Positions 12,220 to 26,108 of a stretch of DNA of 64,000 nt are shown here, in pieces. The notes beneath the pieces are model-generated. The model saw only the letters and a program-made list of their open reading frames with translations. It had not been told where the DNA came from and did not search any database. The stretch lies in assembly GCF_032062105.1 (NCBI RefSeq), contig NW_026925056.1:124001-188000 (forward strand), in the 5' to 3' direction. Each line of letters starts with the position of its first letter. Within the stretch, counting starts at the first letter, position 1. This stretch comes from Saccostrea cucullata (lineage: Eukaryota). A program made the position numbers and the translations under genes.

Positions 12220-14039
12220 TAGGGGGTTCAGGTATAAATTTTCGGTGAAATATTTTCAATTAAATATATTCTAGCACAAACATGGAAACATTAAGAAATA
12301 TAAAAAACTTTACTTGGTGAAAAAATTCCAAGTAGAACAGAAGTTATGAAACAATCAATGTTGTGAGTACTGCTATTTTATGTAAGGAAATTTCTATACA
12401 TACGAGCATTAAATGATGGCACATGAAAGAAGAAAAATCCGTTAAATCTAGGTATTTTTTAAGAGATAGAGTCTAATTTTATCTAGAAGTAGGGCAAACT
12501 ATATATTTTCGGAAAGGTCTATGCAAGCCCTAATTTTCTGTTTTCATGTCAGCTAAAAAATATCCAAGATGGCGGCAAAATATCCAATATGGCCGCCAAT
12601 AGTAAAAATGGCCGATACAGTCTTATTGAAAGCATACTTTCAAAATCAGGTGAGTTAAGAATAAATAATGAAATTTTATGAATTATTTACAATTTATTAC
12701 TTTTAAAAGACTTATTAAAATAAGGATCGTAATAAAATATGGTCACTAAAGGTAAGTAAAGAAGAAACTTCAAGAAAGATACCAATAATATGAAAATAGC
12801 AAAAAAAAAAAAAAAAAAAAAAAAAACAAGAAAAAGAATTTACTACAATTAATTCACAACTTTATTTTTAAATTTACATAGATCTTTAAATACATATCAA
12901 ATTTTCGGTTTCAATCAATAATTGTGTATTTTATCCATGCTTCCTGGACAAGTTGAGTGTTAAGTTTCTCTCAGACTTCTGCTACTACCGGCCGCGGGCG
13001 GGTACCATAATCATGATATGGAACGATTCTATAGCATTTTCCTGAAGTCTAACTGTATTTACACTCACTGAAAAAAAAATTAACCACAAAGTATTATGTG
13101 CACAAACAAATCATAAATATTTTATAGTTATAAGTAAAACAATTAATATATATATTTTCTTTTATCACATTTGAACTTCGGGTTATTCATTTATTATACA
13201 GACAGTATATATTTCAGAATTCAGAGGAAATCCAGGCTGCAGAATCAAATTTGTACATTTATATCAGGGATCGTTAACTAGCATATATAGGCCCCTGTAT
13301 ATGTTATGTAGTAGGAAATGACCATAGTTTTCGAATTCATAGACTTTATTCCAATAAGTCTAAACTTATTTAATCTCACATTTTCTATTTCACTTGTGGT
13401 TTTACGATACAAAAGTGTGCATGAATTTAAAGGTACTAAGAAACTGTTCAAAAGTTGCGTCGGGTTGAGTCTTTTGAATGAAATCCGGGTGAATTATTTT
13501 CTGAAATGATTACAGAACCACAATTTTCTGATAGGAAATTTTCTCAGCTTTCTAATAGTGTATGTTGCATAAAAATATTTTGATTACTTACCGTAGTAAA
13601 ATTGACCTCTTTCCTTTGAAACGAAAATACATAAACGTCTGCACATTGCATCAAGATGCAACAATAACAATCTTAATCTTCAAAATGTAAGCTTTCCTGT
13701 GATATGTCAATGTCGTTAATTTCTTAAAAATCGCCTCCCGGAAAGCCAATCAAAATGACGCTATCATGGTCGCCGAGACAAAATGACAGTGCCATGCATC
13801 AAAAGGGAAACCCAGTATCCAATTTTAGCACAACTTCGACCCGGTTAATTTTCAATACAGACTTATTAGAATGACATAACACACACATCATACGAAAGTT
13901 CAAACAAAGAAGAAAAAATCGTTATATTTAGTTTCTAGATTAATATGAATAATAATGCAAAAAAGACGTTTATAAACACCGATAAATTGCGTGTAATTAG
14001 CACAATTACACAGGTAAGTCGGGTTACCTGAACCCCCTA
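12220..14039. mobile_element. Non-autonomous TIR transposon (hAT-like), ~1.8 kb, inserted into a Naiad fragment
   Basis: TIR TAGGGGGTTCAGGTA / TACCTGAACCCCCTA; duplication CATTGAG(T) at 12213 and 14040; the joined flanks closely match the Naiad sequence at 6564-6610. Confidence 0.8.
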
Positions 14040-14886
14040 CATTGAGTCAAATGCTGTCTGACGTTTTTCGTACTAATTATTACTAGTCTATTATTTATAC
14101 ACTGAATTGACGACGAATCATAAATATTGATTCGATGTATATGTATACCATTTTAAGGCCTTTAAAAACTTGCTATATTAACTCTTTGTAAGAACTCTGA
14201 TTCATATTCGAAAAGAAATAGATAATCCTATTATTTATAGATAATTCAAAATTTAATTATACATTCATTTAAATATATATTTAAAAAGTTTAATTATTCA
14301 TTGTAAAATAAAATACATTTCTTCTTTCTAACTCCCCCTTCTAATTTAATTTGTTTTAATATTGGCTATCTATCTATAGCAATCATCAAGTCGAACTGTT
14401 TAAGTACACTGTACTTAGTTTATCTTAGTAACAGATTTTTATTGCTCAGTTTTTATCAGGAAATGAGAACTTAAAGGACATGGATAGTACACCTTTATAT
14501 TGTTATGGATATTGAAAGATGGACAGATATGAATGTATAGCAATTGTTTATTAGTACTTAGATGAAAGATAGATGGATATAGAAACAACCCCTGATTTAT
14601 TATCAGAAGATGCTTAGATCTGGAAAAACCGCCTAATTTAATTGTTTAGATTCCTATCTTTACATCAACTTCTTTTGAAGAAGAAAGGAAATTACAGATC
14701 ATCTACAATATGTACTTTGTCACCTTTATCAGGCGATTATTTTGTTGTCTTAGGAAAAAAATAAACTTGTTAACGTTTTCAATTATTTACTTTGCAAGCT
14801 GGGATAAAAGTAAACTCCTTCACTTTAATGTGAAGGAATTGGTTTAAAATTTGATAACTCATTGCTGAATATAAAGGTTGAACGTT

Positions 14887-15450
14887 TTTTATACCCTCCC
14901 CCGCTTGAAAAGCATGGGGTATATAGAAACGGGGTGATTGTTCATCTGTATGTACATCCGTCCGTCCGTCTGTTACGCTTTGGGGTACCTCCTATTTTAC
15001 TTTTTGATCAGATACATTTTTCGGGTTCCCTATACAATGCAGCAAAACATGGTCACTGCCACTCTATGTTTTGCTATGGAAAACCCAAAGTATGTGTCTG
15101 ATCTAATAGTAATATAAGAGATTCATAGTGACAATATGTAACAAAGATTCTGTGAAAGTCTCATAAAATTTCATTCATTGGTATAAGAGAAGTTGCGGAT
15201 AAAAGATGGGTAACCCCCTATGTTTTGCTATGGGAAACCCAAAATATGTGTCTGATGAAAAAATAAAATAAGAGGTTCACAATGGCAATATGTAACAAAG
15301 ATTCTGTGAAAGTCTCAAAATTTCATTCATTGGTATAAGAAAGGTTGCGGACTGGAGATGGGTAACCCAAAGCGGAACGGTCGGACAGACGGAATACAAA
15401 CGGAAGAAGACTCCTATCATTTAAATAACCCCTGCTTTTAAAGCGGGGCC
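14887..15450. mobile_element. HINE-type fragments in opposite orientations with ~170-bp tandem units
   Basis: ccccgcttgaaaagc..gggg hairpin plus (CCGT)n at the left; duplicated tatgttttgctatgg..aaacccaaa unit at ~15065 and ~15219; hairpin at ~15430-15448. Confidence 0.6.
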
Positions 15451-15952
15451 TGGGGTATGATGATAAACCTTTTTTGAATAAAGAAACATATGGGGCATTT
15501 TTCAGAAATAACATCACATATTCTGTTTGGAAAAAAACATGAACGTGACAAGAATCATTGTAACACGTTCGTCATTATAAGTCATTAAAATGCTTCCTTA
15601 AAGAATTCCTAAGACACCTGTTTTTACCCAGCTGTTCGATAACCAGGAACAAACTTGAGAATTAAACAGTCAGATGAGTTGAAATAAATTAGGAATAAGA
15701 CATACCTACAAGATTATAACATAGTAACACTCGACTTTTCAGAAATGCATGTAGAGGTTTCACAAAACGACAACATGCAATAAAATTAAATAACTTGTAT
15801 ATCAGGAAAGTTTATATGAAAAATCACGGCGTTTCCCTAAAAGTGACTAAGAAGATGAGTGAACAAACTGAAAAAGTTCTGACTTATGGTCTTGGACAAA
15901 AAAGCGAACATTTTTATCACATTAGTTAATACTTTTTTAAAAATCTCCAAAC

Positions 15953-16523
15953 TGTTACGCTTTGGGGTACCCGTCTCTTATCCGCAACTCCTCCTATATC
16001 TCTGAATAAAATTTAATGAGACTTTCACAGAATGTTTGTTATTGTTACTATTGCCACTGTACACCTCCTTTTTTATTTTTTTCTAATCTGACACATATTT
16101 CGGGATTCCCATAGCGAAACATTGACCTGTTATTCTTTCTATGATATTGAAGGGTACCATCTCTTATCTGCAACTCGTCCTATACTACTGAATAAAATTT
16201 TATGATACTTTCACAGATTCTTTGTTACATAATGCCATCGTGCAGCTCCTGTTTTACTTTTTGATCGGACACATATTTGGGGTTTCCCATAGCGAAACAT
16301 TGACCTGTCATTCTTTCTATGATATTGAAGGGTACCATCTCTTATCCGCAACTCCTCCTATACTACTGAATAAATTTTTTGATACTTTCACAGATTCTTT
16401 TTTACATAATGCCATCGTGCAGCTCCTGTTTTAATTTTTGATTTGACATTTCGGGTTTCTAAGAGGAAAACATGTATTTTGCTATTATAATCATATGGGA
16501 AGCGGGGGGAATCATTACCTCTA
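15953..16523 (+). repeat. HINE-associated tandem repeat, ~179-bp unit, about 3 copies
   Basis: ttgacctgt..ttctttctatgatattgaagggtaccatctcttatc at 16122 and 16301; gggtacc..tctcttatccgcaactc also at ~15965. Confidence 0.75.
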
Positions 16524-16806
16524 GTTTGTTTTTTAACGTCCTACTTGAGAACTTTTCACTCATAGGGAGACGCCACCACTTGCCGTTGGAGAGCTGCAAT
16601 TTTTGTCGTATACACTTACGGCCATTGAACAGAAGGGATCTTTTACGTACCGGCACCTACTGAGACACGGGACTTCGGTTTATACAATCTCATCTGAAGG
16701 TCCAGTCATCACATACCATACAGTTGTATTCGAACCCGTGACGTTAGGATCAACTTCTTACTTCGCGACTCTGAACAGACACTCTAGCCACTGCTTCACG
16801 CAGGCA
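16524..16806 (-). mobile_element. tRNA-derived V-domain SINE
   Basis: Reverse complement has B-box GGTTCGAAT, V-domain ccttcagatgagattgtataaaccgaagtccc, and 3' gtctccctatgagtgaaaagttctc..ggacgttaaaa; homologous to 63700-63996. Confidence 0.8.
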
Positions 16807-17403
16807 ACTAAAAAAATTCCTATATGAACTAGTCGTGTATGAAATCATGATAGTGTAAACACAAAATAGGGTTTAAATGATCATTTTACTCCCGCTTTAA
16901 AGTGAGAGGGATATTGTGATCGGGATGTTCGTCTGTCTGTCAGTACTTCCATCCACCTGCCACGCTTTGGTGTACCCATCTCTTATCCACAACTCCTCTT
17001 ATACCAAACTTCTGTTTAATTATTTTATCAAGTACTTAAGTATTTTAGAATTTTAGTAATTTTAGTAATTCTCTAAGTAGGCTTCCGATCCTTTCCTTTC
17101 TGAAGACGGTTACAGATAGTAATGTGATGAGAATCATGATGACGTAATCGGTAAAGGGAACAGTATTCATATTTCATTCATACATCTAAAAGTGAACAAG
17201 ATTGGACAGAAAATTGTTAAGCTTAATACATAATAAATTAATAATAGTAGCAAAAAAGTAAGAATGTACAAAAGAAGAAAACAATGAAAAAAGTAACAAA
17301 GGAAAAATACAGAAAAAATATTCATATGTACAAAGTACTACCGGATAGGAAAAAATCAAAAATATTACAATATCCTAAATATTTTTATATGACAGAGCTT
17401 GTA

Positions 17404-18433
17404 CGAGGGTTGTTCGAAAAGTTCGTGGACAACTGTCATATCTTTTTTATTTGACGTCATATGTTATCCAAATTTGGTAGAAATATTTTAACAATAAATC
17501 CAAATGATTTGTATTAATTTTTTTCATAATATTACGATTTATTAAAAACTTATCAGGATTTTAAAAATGCAAAAATCTGATCGCGGAGCAGGTCAAAATT
17601 TAGTAAGTTACAGACAGTGCTCTAAATAATGTCTATAGTCATATTCTCTGTAAAATGGAGCAAAAACGAAAAAACAACCTAAAAATTCAAATTAAGAATT
17701 GGTACATCTATTTATGTTCCAAACTACGGTTTTATATTTTGCTTTGTTGGAAAGAAATCAACGTGGAAATATAGGTAGACCTTATTGAAAACGACGAAAA
17801 GATGACGTTTTAGAACGTCACGGAGCAGCGGATAACAATTCAATTTTGTGTTTTACTCGGGAAAAATCCTGAATAAACTTTAAAAACGTTTGAGGAATCA
17901 AAAAAATATGTCTCGAACAAATTATGCATGTGTACCATTAGTACAGGCAGTATTTGAGTGACAGAGACTCTGTATCGGATGAGGATGATCTGTGAAGAAA
18001 CGGTTTAACAGTAAAGATCTTAACAAAACTTTAAAAAGTTGGAACGTCAAGGAAAGATATAGGCGCTTCAGAGTTGCTTATCATGTGAAAACAGAGTTAA
18101 GTTATAAAAGAAATTAAAACCTTAACAAAGGAAATTATACAACGAGAGGAAATTCTTAAAAAATAAATGTCAAGTATTAGAAAAAGGATTTAATGAATGG
18201 GTACTATATTATACTGTGTGAAATGTATAAAAAAATCAAAATGTGTGCTCCGCGGGCACAAAACATGTTGATTCTAAAATGAAGTAATTTGATTTTTGTT
18301 AAATCGAATGAAATGAAACTTCACACATCAACAAAACAAATATTTTTACATATTATGATGTGCTTATTTTAAATTTCTAGTGAGTAATATAAAGATGATT
18401 AACATCGTCCCCGAACTTTTCGAACAACCCTCG
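17404..18433 (+). mobile_element. Internally decayed mariner element (1030 bp)
   Basis: TA TSD; TIR CGAGGGTTGTTCGAAAAGTTCG / CGAACTTTTCGAACAACCCTCG; remnant EQRITIQFCVLLGKNPE*TL at ~17823-17885 resembling a mariner transposase N-terminus. Confidence 0.85.
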
Positions 18434-18979
18434 TATTTATCGTTTTGCTGATTTAATAATTATATGTACAGCTTCAAATATTTGTATATTAATATCAAGT
18501 CCATGATTAGGACTACCATTTAACATTAAATCAAATTCAGAGAATTCATCATAATTTTTAATCAGGATACATAATGATAACTATATTAAACAGAAACAAT
18601 AAAACTGCTCTTTAATTCAAGGCAGCTTCAAAAACTAGAACTGTGTTTAAAAATATGAATTATTTACTGAATAAAAAAAAAATGGTTTTGTTGAAGATGA
18701 TTCAAATTTTAGTAAAAAAGATAAATGTGATCCCAGTGAAAAAAATATTCATAATAAAATTAGTTAGTGTTATTTGAGATGATGGAAATATTACTAAAAT
18801 AACTACGGTCTTACCGTAGAACCATCTTTGATAAATAAATTATTTGGCAGGTATGCTAATAACAGAAACAGATTTACAATTCGAATTTTTCACCTTTTCA
18901 TCCCCTGTTCTGTAAAAGGCTAAATGCACATCAAACAATGATACATGTGCATGCAATTTGCCAATTTCAAACCCAAAGT

Positions 18980-20194
18980 CTAGTTATTTAGGATATATTT
19001 TGCTTTCATTTTCCCATCTTTAATATCAATGTTGAAAAGCTTGACGAGAATTTCTTTCTGCCAGATCCTCACCAGTCTATGGAGCATCATGTGACTTGCT
19101 TGCTTGTATGCGACGGACAGCTTAAAACATCCCAAACTCACCGACTGCCTCACTTCCCCAGCTTTGATGGTGGTGCGCACACAGCCAGACACACTGTTTC
19201 CGCTGACATTGACATGGCGGAAATGGAAACATACTTTTGTTTTGTTGCTTCCGATTTGAACTTCCTTGCATACTGGTTGTGAACTGTTCACTGAAAAACA
19301 ATCAAAAACACGAAGAAATGAAACTTCAATGTTTCAGTTCGTAGTCAAGAGCAAAGAGTATCTTTGGTACTTTTCTATCTGCATTACCTGGCACATCTTG
19401 TTCTATTGCAGTTTTAGCATCAATTTCTAATTTGGTTGCAAACATTTGCTTCGTTTTGTCGTACTGGAATTTGCTGCAAACTGTGAGCATTCAAAATAAA
19501 AAAAAGTGTGTTTTGATTTGTTCCAAATACAACGCACTTAAATCTTAAATGACATTGTATAATTTCCTACAAGACATTAATAACATACCATAATGGTTCG
19601 TTTGGAAGGCCCTAAGGGTCACATTTCGACAACAATTGCAAGATCCTCCTGAACACACACAATGTTCTCCGACATCGTAGGGACTTTCAGCGCTGTTGTC
19701 TTAGTATAAAGAATATATATATTTAAGGAGGCTAGGGGGTCAACAGATTATTTTTTTTTATCAACCACCAGATATAATTTTTTTTTAGATATGATATCTT
19801 GATCTGTCAACTATCATTTGGCAAAGAAAAATTTCAAAAATTTTAGTTTTAAAATTTGATCATTTTATTACATCTTTATATGGAGCCCTTCTTCTAAAGG
19901 AGATCAAAAAAGTTTAAAAATGGCCACGACCACCCAGCCTCTTTAAATACATGTACTGCATATTTTCATGAATTCAAAAAGAAACGAAGAAAACATTCTC
20001 AAATAAATTTAAGATATGATATAGCCTTGCCACCTACAGTGATATCAGAATTAAAAAGTTGCTTTCCATTTAAAATTTGGTTTTTTCCCCATAAAGTTTC
20101 AAAGATGGTAAAGATTACCTATTGCTGAAATACTGTTTTCAGCTTTAGTAAGCACAATAATGAAAATTGCCAAAGTAGCTGCTGCTCCTGCCAT
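18980..20194 (-). CDS. DUF4773-type secreted Cys-rich protein, copy A (196 aa)
   Basis: Exons 20194-20119, 19699-19589, 19480-19388, 19290-18980; three phase-1 GT-AG introns; 591 nt open. Signal-like MAGAAATLAIFIIVLTKA; HCVCSGGSCNCC...VC...PVC...VC...SGC...LGCF is the 10-Cys DUF4773 pattern. Confidence 0.85.
19727..19942. mobile_element. Kolobok-like MITE in intron 1 of copy A
   Basis: TTAA flanks; imperfect TIR GGAGGCTAGGGGGTC / GACCACCCAGCCTCT. Confidence 0.65.
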
Positions 20195-20635
20195 TTTCAG
20201 CACCAGACTAAAATTTAAAACCAGAGATGATGAGTAATAAATAAAAAATCATGTGATCAATGAAGGAAATTCTAGTATATGATGTAAAATACTTCCAGCT
20301 TAACCTTGCTCAGCATTAGCAAAAATTGGATTGAAAAGATATTTAGATATAATTAATATATAATTTTAAAGACTTTTAATTTGTTTGAACGCAGTATAAA
20401 TAAATAAAATTGAGTCCTTTGTGTCCATTATAATCTTTTAATGTGCTTTTTTTTATGTTAAAAAAAAAGACCTTGACTTTATTCAAATTATTCTGGATCA
20501 GGCTTAGGAAATACCTTCAGTTTGATTTATCAGCAACCTTTGTGTCAAATGGTAAAGTTCTAGATCTGCTTTTTCAAATTTCAGAGTTGTTGGTTAAGCG
20601 CAATGTAATAATTTTTACCTTATTTAAATTGATTC

Positions 20636-20775
20636 TGTCGTCAACGTGGCGCAGTGGTTAGAGCGTTTGCTTTAGAATCACGGAGTAAGGATTGTTCCTT
20701 ACATCGCAAGTTCGAATCCCAATGCAGGACGCAGAGACTTTGTCCTTCGGATGAAACCGTATAAAACGAGGCAAG
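20636..20775 (+). mobile_element. 5' part of tRNA-derived V-SINE
   Basis: A box gtggcgcagtggttagagc, B box gttcgaatccc, V-domain start gtccttcggatgaaaccgtataaaacgagg. Confidence 0.75.
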
Positions 20776-21159
20776 GAATCTTACTTCCTCTCTAACTAAT
20801 ATATACAGTGTATGTTTAAATTGAATAGTTTTCATTTTTAAGTTGTTTACACTTTTCTTCATTAAGAATTTCCGCTTAAAACCACAATTAGGAAAAAGTA
20901 TTATTATTGATATTACAAGTACTTATCATCGCGTTCACTTTCCTGTTTACTCTAATTAGAAAAATTTCACGTGATTGTATAATTGTAATTAAAGTGTGCA
21001 ATTGATTACGAATATGTATATTGTGCATACTTATAGTTATATCAATATCCTGCATCGCCGTACCCTTTAAGTGTTAGAATAATTAATTCCCTTTATACCA
21101 AACCTCAAATATCCCTAGTCTTGAAATTTCATTAGTATCATGATCAATATTTGATCTAA

Positions 21160-21295
21160 TGAAACATATGGAGATAACGAACAGTATACAAGATCATAAG
21201 TCCATTTAAAACAATACAAAATAGGAGCAGAGCAAACACGGACCTCCAGAACATCAGAGGTTGAATCAGGTGCCATGGAGGAGTGAGAATTCTCC
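21160..21295 (-). mobile_element. Naiad-type PLE 3' terminal fragment
   Basis: Reverse complement ctcactcctccatggcacctgatt..ggaggtccgtgtttgctctgctcctattttgta matches 6728-6800. Confidence 0.75.
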
Positions 21296-22334
21296 TTTTA
21301 TTCACGTAGTTACTATTTTGAAATTTTAGAATTATCATTTAAATCATTTCCATCGTTGAACTAAGAAGATGACAAGGTATCATATGAGCTACATGCTGAG
21401 AAACAAGCCACTTAAAAGAACTGCGTTTCCCCGATTTTCGGATCTAATTGGTTTGGGGTGGAATGATCGAAAACAAAGGCAGTAAGCACTGAAAACATGT
21501 CTAGATTAGCAATCCCCTTCCGACAAGTAGTTGCGTCTCAATATGAGTGAAAAAAAAAAATCGAAAGGAAAACAAAAAACGATAACAATTTCCTGCTTAT
21601 TGTCAATTTATTCACGACACTATTCTATTCTTTAACTTTTGAATGGGCCCACACCTCGTATCTTAATCTAAATCACAATTGCATTAGTATGTGGATGTGG
21701 CTATGTTTATAATATCACAATTTCGATTTGAAATCTTTGCAATAGAAGACTTGTTCTACAAAGAATAAAGAGGGAGATGGGGTGGGAGATAGCTCATTTT
21801 TTTCCAATACCTACGATTATCATTATTTATGATAGTCTAAATATAGGCCTAGACTCATTCTCACATTGTTAGCTCCACCTCTCACGGATATTTTTATCAT
21901 CTTAAAAACCAATCAATGGCATGCAGGTATACAAGACTATTTTTTCTATATACGCCGAGGAGAACAGTAAGGAAAAAAGTAGAAATATTTTTTTGCATCA
22001 CAAAGTCTTAGATCATTTTCACATTTCATTCATTTTGGCTCCAATGTGACAAGCAATATAATAATTAAATATAAATGCTAGTAAACCAAAGCGAAATTAG
22101 GGTAAGATATAAAAGCAACAAAAGCGTCCAAAAAAATCAGGACCTAGTATCGAGTGCAATCCTCCTATGTCTTCGAAATGTCCCGTATACCTGATCAGAT
22201 CAGCTGGTTAAGACCCTCGACTAGTTTGATCTCACCTCTGAAATAAGTGAAGGTCGTCTTTAAAGCCATTTTCACAGATTTGTGTATTTTTTCTTTAGAT
22301 CCGTTCTGATTTCAATATTGTGCTCAAAGATCTA

Positions 22335-23058
22335 AACCTCATCGATCTTTCTTTGATGAACTGACGGCATTTTTAAAGCAACCCATTGTTGCTACACGAT
22401 GGCAGTGGCATTGATATTGACGCAGCCATGAAATCAAGTAGTGTCCATTTTGATGTCTGAGCTTCCAATGCATACGTATATCATGGATTTCTGGAGAAGA
22501 ATGGTGTCCCACCAGGGTCTTGGGTTCATCTCTAGGATGTAAACAAACCATCTTAATTTTATGATAAACAAAACATTAAAGCAACTATTGAAAAATTTAT
22601 ATTGCAGACAAAAGAATACTTTTAGGTTCTCCACAAAGATTATCTCCATCAAGCATAAATGTGATGTCAAATGCTTTTTCAGAGTTTTTGAACAACAGTC
22701 TAATGCAAACTGCAAATTGTGTGGAATTTGAGTGAATGACAAACTCAGCGTTTCACAGCAGCTGCATTAGTAAAGCTAACGTTGACAACCTTCATCCTCT
22801 ATTATGTTACCTTCAAGAAAATCCTCAAAGAATTTCGTCATAAAGTTGAGGCAAATTACAAAGTCATTAATAAACACTCTTAAATTTAAGAAAAGAAAAC
22901 TGTTTTGATGAACAATGCAAAAGGCTCAGTTTATCAAGAAATAGTATATTACTAGTCCGGAAAATAGAAAAGACCATGATAAAATCATGATGCTGTAACC
23001 TCCCTTATATTTTCGCGCTGAAATATGCAAGAGCAAGGCAAACAAAAATCAGCTTCAT
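22335..23058 (-). pseudogene. DUF4773-type pseudogene, copy B (C/D subfamily)
   Basis: Recognisable exons: MKLIFVCLALAYFSAKI* (from 23058), FLEGNIIEDEGCQR*LY*CSCCETLSL, VCIRLLFKNSEKAFDITFMLDG, MNPRP...VCIGSSDIKMDTT*FHGCVNINATAIV*. Multiple stops, lost Cys, a frameshift near the GCF motif, and most of intron 2 deleted. Confidence 0.85.
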
Positions 23059-23469
23059 TATAAAATGTATGTTACAAGCTACATGAAAAAAATTTGCCTT
23101 TGCAAAAATGGCCCTCAGAAGAAGAACATTATTTTCATGAACAAGATTCCTGAAATGGAAATAAGGAAACTATACAAATGCTCGCAAATTAAAACAAATG
23201 ATGTCATTTAAGGTAGAAGTACATCCCCTTAAACCAAAAAAAGAGAACATAATAAAAACAGGAAACTCTTATAAAAGTTTTAATGATATAAACTATACAT
23301 CTGTTGTGTGGAAGTATCGTTCAATCATTCATTAATTGATACTTGAAATACATGTCATGTGTAATCATAATCAAGTTTTCTGAATGACCTGGTACCCAGT
23401 ACTCTTTAAGTGTTAGCATAATTTTAAAGTTATACTTTTTTGGTATTATAATCCCCCTAACCTTGAAAT

Positions 23470-24450
23470 GAAATACAACGATAATGACAGTATTTAAACT
23501 CAAAAGTCCATTCAAACAAAACAAATACGAAGCAGAGCAAAAATCGCTAAAACATCATGTGTGGGATCAAGTGCCATGGAGGAATGAGCATTCCTTGCCG
23601 ACCGGTCACACCCGCAGTGTGTTCCTTGTCTTGATCGGGAAATAACGGTAAAATCCGCAGACAATTAAGTGTGTAAATAATGGTCTAACATTTAATATGA
23701 AAATGCCAGTCAGCTTTACACTTAATCATTTTGTATTTGCTGACAAGGTCTTTGTATCTACCATAGAACTTACGAAATGATGACTTTGAAGGAGACTGTT
23801 GAAATTTGTGTTTTTTCAACTTGTTTGTCAGAAACATCGATTTAATAGACATTTTTCATACGTAGAACATGCTATTGTTTTTGTGTATGAAATCAAATGA
23901 GAGATATAAAACCCGTATGCAGGTGATAAGAAATTATAATATGAAATTATTTATATATTGCTAAATGAGAAAGGGAAGTTAACAATCGTAAAGTTTAAGT
24001 CATCACGTTCATCATAAAGTTTTGTTTGTTAGTTTACCATCAACGGCTTTTTTCGTGTAAAATATTCAGAAAACTTTCTAGTAATATATGAAACAGATGT
24101 GTCAGATTCTGTGAAATCTTTAATTCAAGCTCACTGGGATATCGTGTTGAGTCTGTCGACATATAAATTAAAATCACTATTGTTTATTGATAATGTATCG
24201 TCGATATCTAAGCGTCAAATTGAAGGCCATAACAATTTTTTTCTTCTCACAATATAAAATTTTGAATAAAGTCTGCTTCATATGAATACAAAATAAGTGT
24301 GCTAATAACTAGGCGCAATTGGTACCCATGAGATTTTTAACATATTGTTGGACGACCTGGTCTTCCAAAACCACATAGATGTTGTAATCAGAAACACAAG
24401 CCTCTTTTTAAAAAGAATCAACTTCATAGTACTTGTGTGTACATTTCAAA
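23470..24450 (-). mobile_element. Decayed Naiad-type PLE (RT plus 3' UTR)
   Basis: MGTNCA motif at ~24310-24330, YIDD-like region at ~24195-24210, thumb region, and 3' motif at 23530-23620. Confidence 0.75.
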
Positions 24451-25281
24451 CTGTTTATTAAAAATACATTTGCAAATAATCAAAATAATTAAAACGAGTT
24501 CCATTTCTATTGAACAAGTACAGTTGTACTTGTCAATGATGTCAAAAAACCATGATTATAATTCATCGTGGGGAATACAATTTCGTTTAATTATTTTGGT
24601 AATTTTAAATTTTCAAAAAAGGTTCCTTGGAATTTTTAAGTAATAACATCTTACTTTAACCACTTTTCGAATATTGTTACGCAGTCCTCATGAGGTTTCT
24701 TGAAATAATCATTGCAAAAGACAACGTTGTTATCTGCTCTGTCAGCTTAGACCCGTACATATAGATCATATTATCTATCCTATTCTGTTTTAACTTCTGA
24801 ATTATTGAACTCAGAAGGATAGAGGGGTTTCATATTGCCCCTCAGTCGCTTGCCCGTCAATAGCAATTACTCTATTGGCATATTCCCTGATGCGTGTCAG
24901 CAGAGTTATTGCTCTTCATAAGAATAACGTTGTTAATTTCTCAAATATACTTTGTTAGGTAATATTTTTATTTGGTTAAAATATAAAAGTATCCCCAAGC
25001 TTTCAAAAGAAAGCGGAAAATGAAAAATATTTTTTTTTTAATTGTCTAACTAATCTATAATCCCACACCAATTGCCATCCATTCTAAACACAACAGATGT
25101 ATACAAATGTTGGAAAGATGTCTTTTTAAGAATTTTTATTAGTAATTTAAAACGAAAATTATCAACAAAAACTAAGCCTGTAAAATTTATATACATATAC
25201 ACGTGTTCAATGAAATAGAAAACACATTTTAATATTCAATTAAATTGCACGTTTTTATTAGATATACAGTAGTATGAATTA

Positions 25282-25701
25282 TTTTTATGCGCCCGGATCG
25301 ATAGATCCGGAGCGTATTATATTATTGGTTTTGCTCTATCTGTCAGTTTCTCTATTTATCTGTTTGTCTCTCTGTTGTCAACATTAACCTTTACCATAAC
25401 TTTTTAACCTTGAGAGATACAGATTTCATATTTGGTATGCATGATCCACTTATTATGCTCTTTCAAATTACACCAAGGTCAATGACCTTGTGACCTTGAC
25501 TGTGACCTATATGCTATAAATAGCTTTTTCGAACTTTTGCCATAACGTTTGAACTACATATTATATGCATACTTCACTATTTAAGTTCTATCGGTGATCA
25601 AGGTCAATGACCTTGTGACCTTGACTTTGACCCTAGTGCTAGAAATAGCTTTTTCGAACTTTGTTGCCGCCGGGAACAAAGTGTTTCAAAAACACATCTT
25701 G
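25282..25701 (+). mobile_element. HINE-type element
   Basis: ttttatgcgcccggatcgatagatccgg hairpin start, degenerate TCTG microsatellite, duplicated caaggtcaatgaccttgtgaccttgac unit, gtttcaaaaacacatcttg end. Confidence 0.65.
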
Positions 25702-26108
25702 ATCATTTTTGACATATTAAAAACTTTATAACAAAATAATAAATATGAACATATGCAATGAGAAGTGTAATATATTTACAATGTACGAGCATTAAAAGTT
25801 CAACTGACTTTCCATATTTCTTTAAAAAAATGATGTGATTATCTTTAAAAAAAGGAAAAAAAGTCATTTCGATCTCACAATGTGATATATCAGTTACATA
25901 AAATTCAGCACTTAAATACTTTCCTGGATGAAATTTGTGTAAATGTACTAACCAGACGTATTATTTATGTACATTGATTACATTGAAAAAAAAATCAAGG
26001 TTTCATATTTACAGTGTTTTCTAGATCTTCGTCCAAGTTTATCTTTAAATTTGTTTGCAAATGCACTTTTGAAACAATGTATCGCAACATTTTGTCTTGA
26101 AATTAAAA

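Noticed and set aside
20636-20730. tRNA-like A and B boxes (also ~16730-16806 and 63705-63790)
   Set aside because: Heads of V-domain SINEs; no intact cloverleaf, and SINE body follows.
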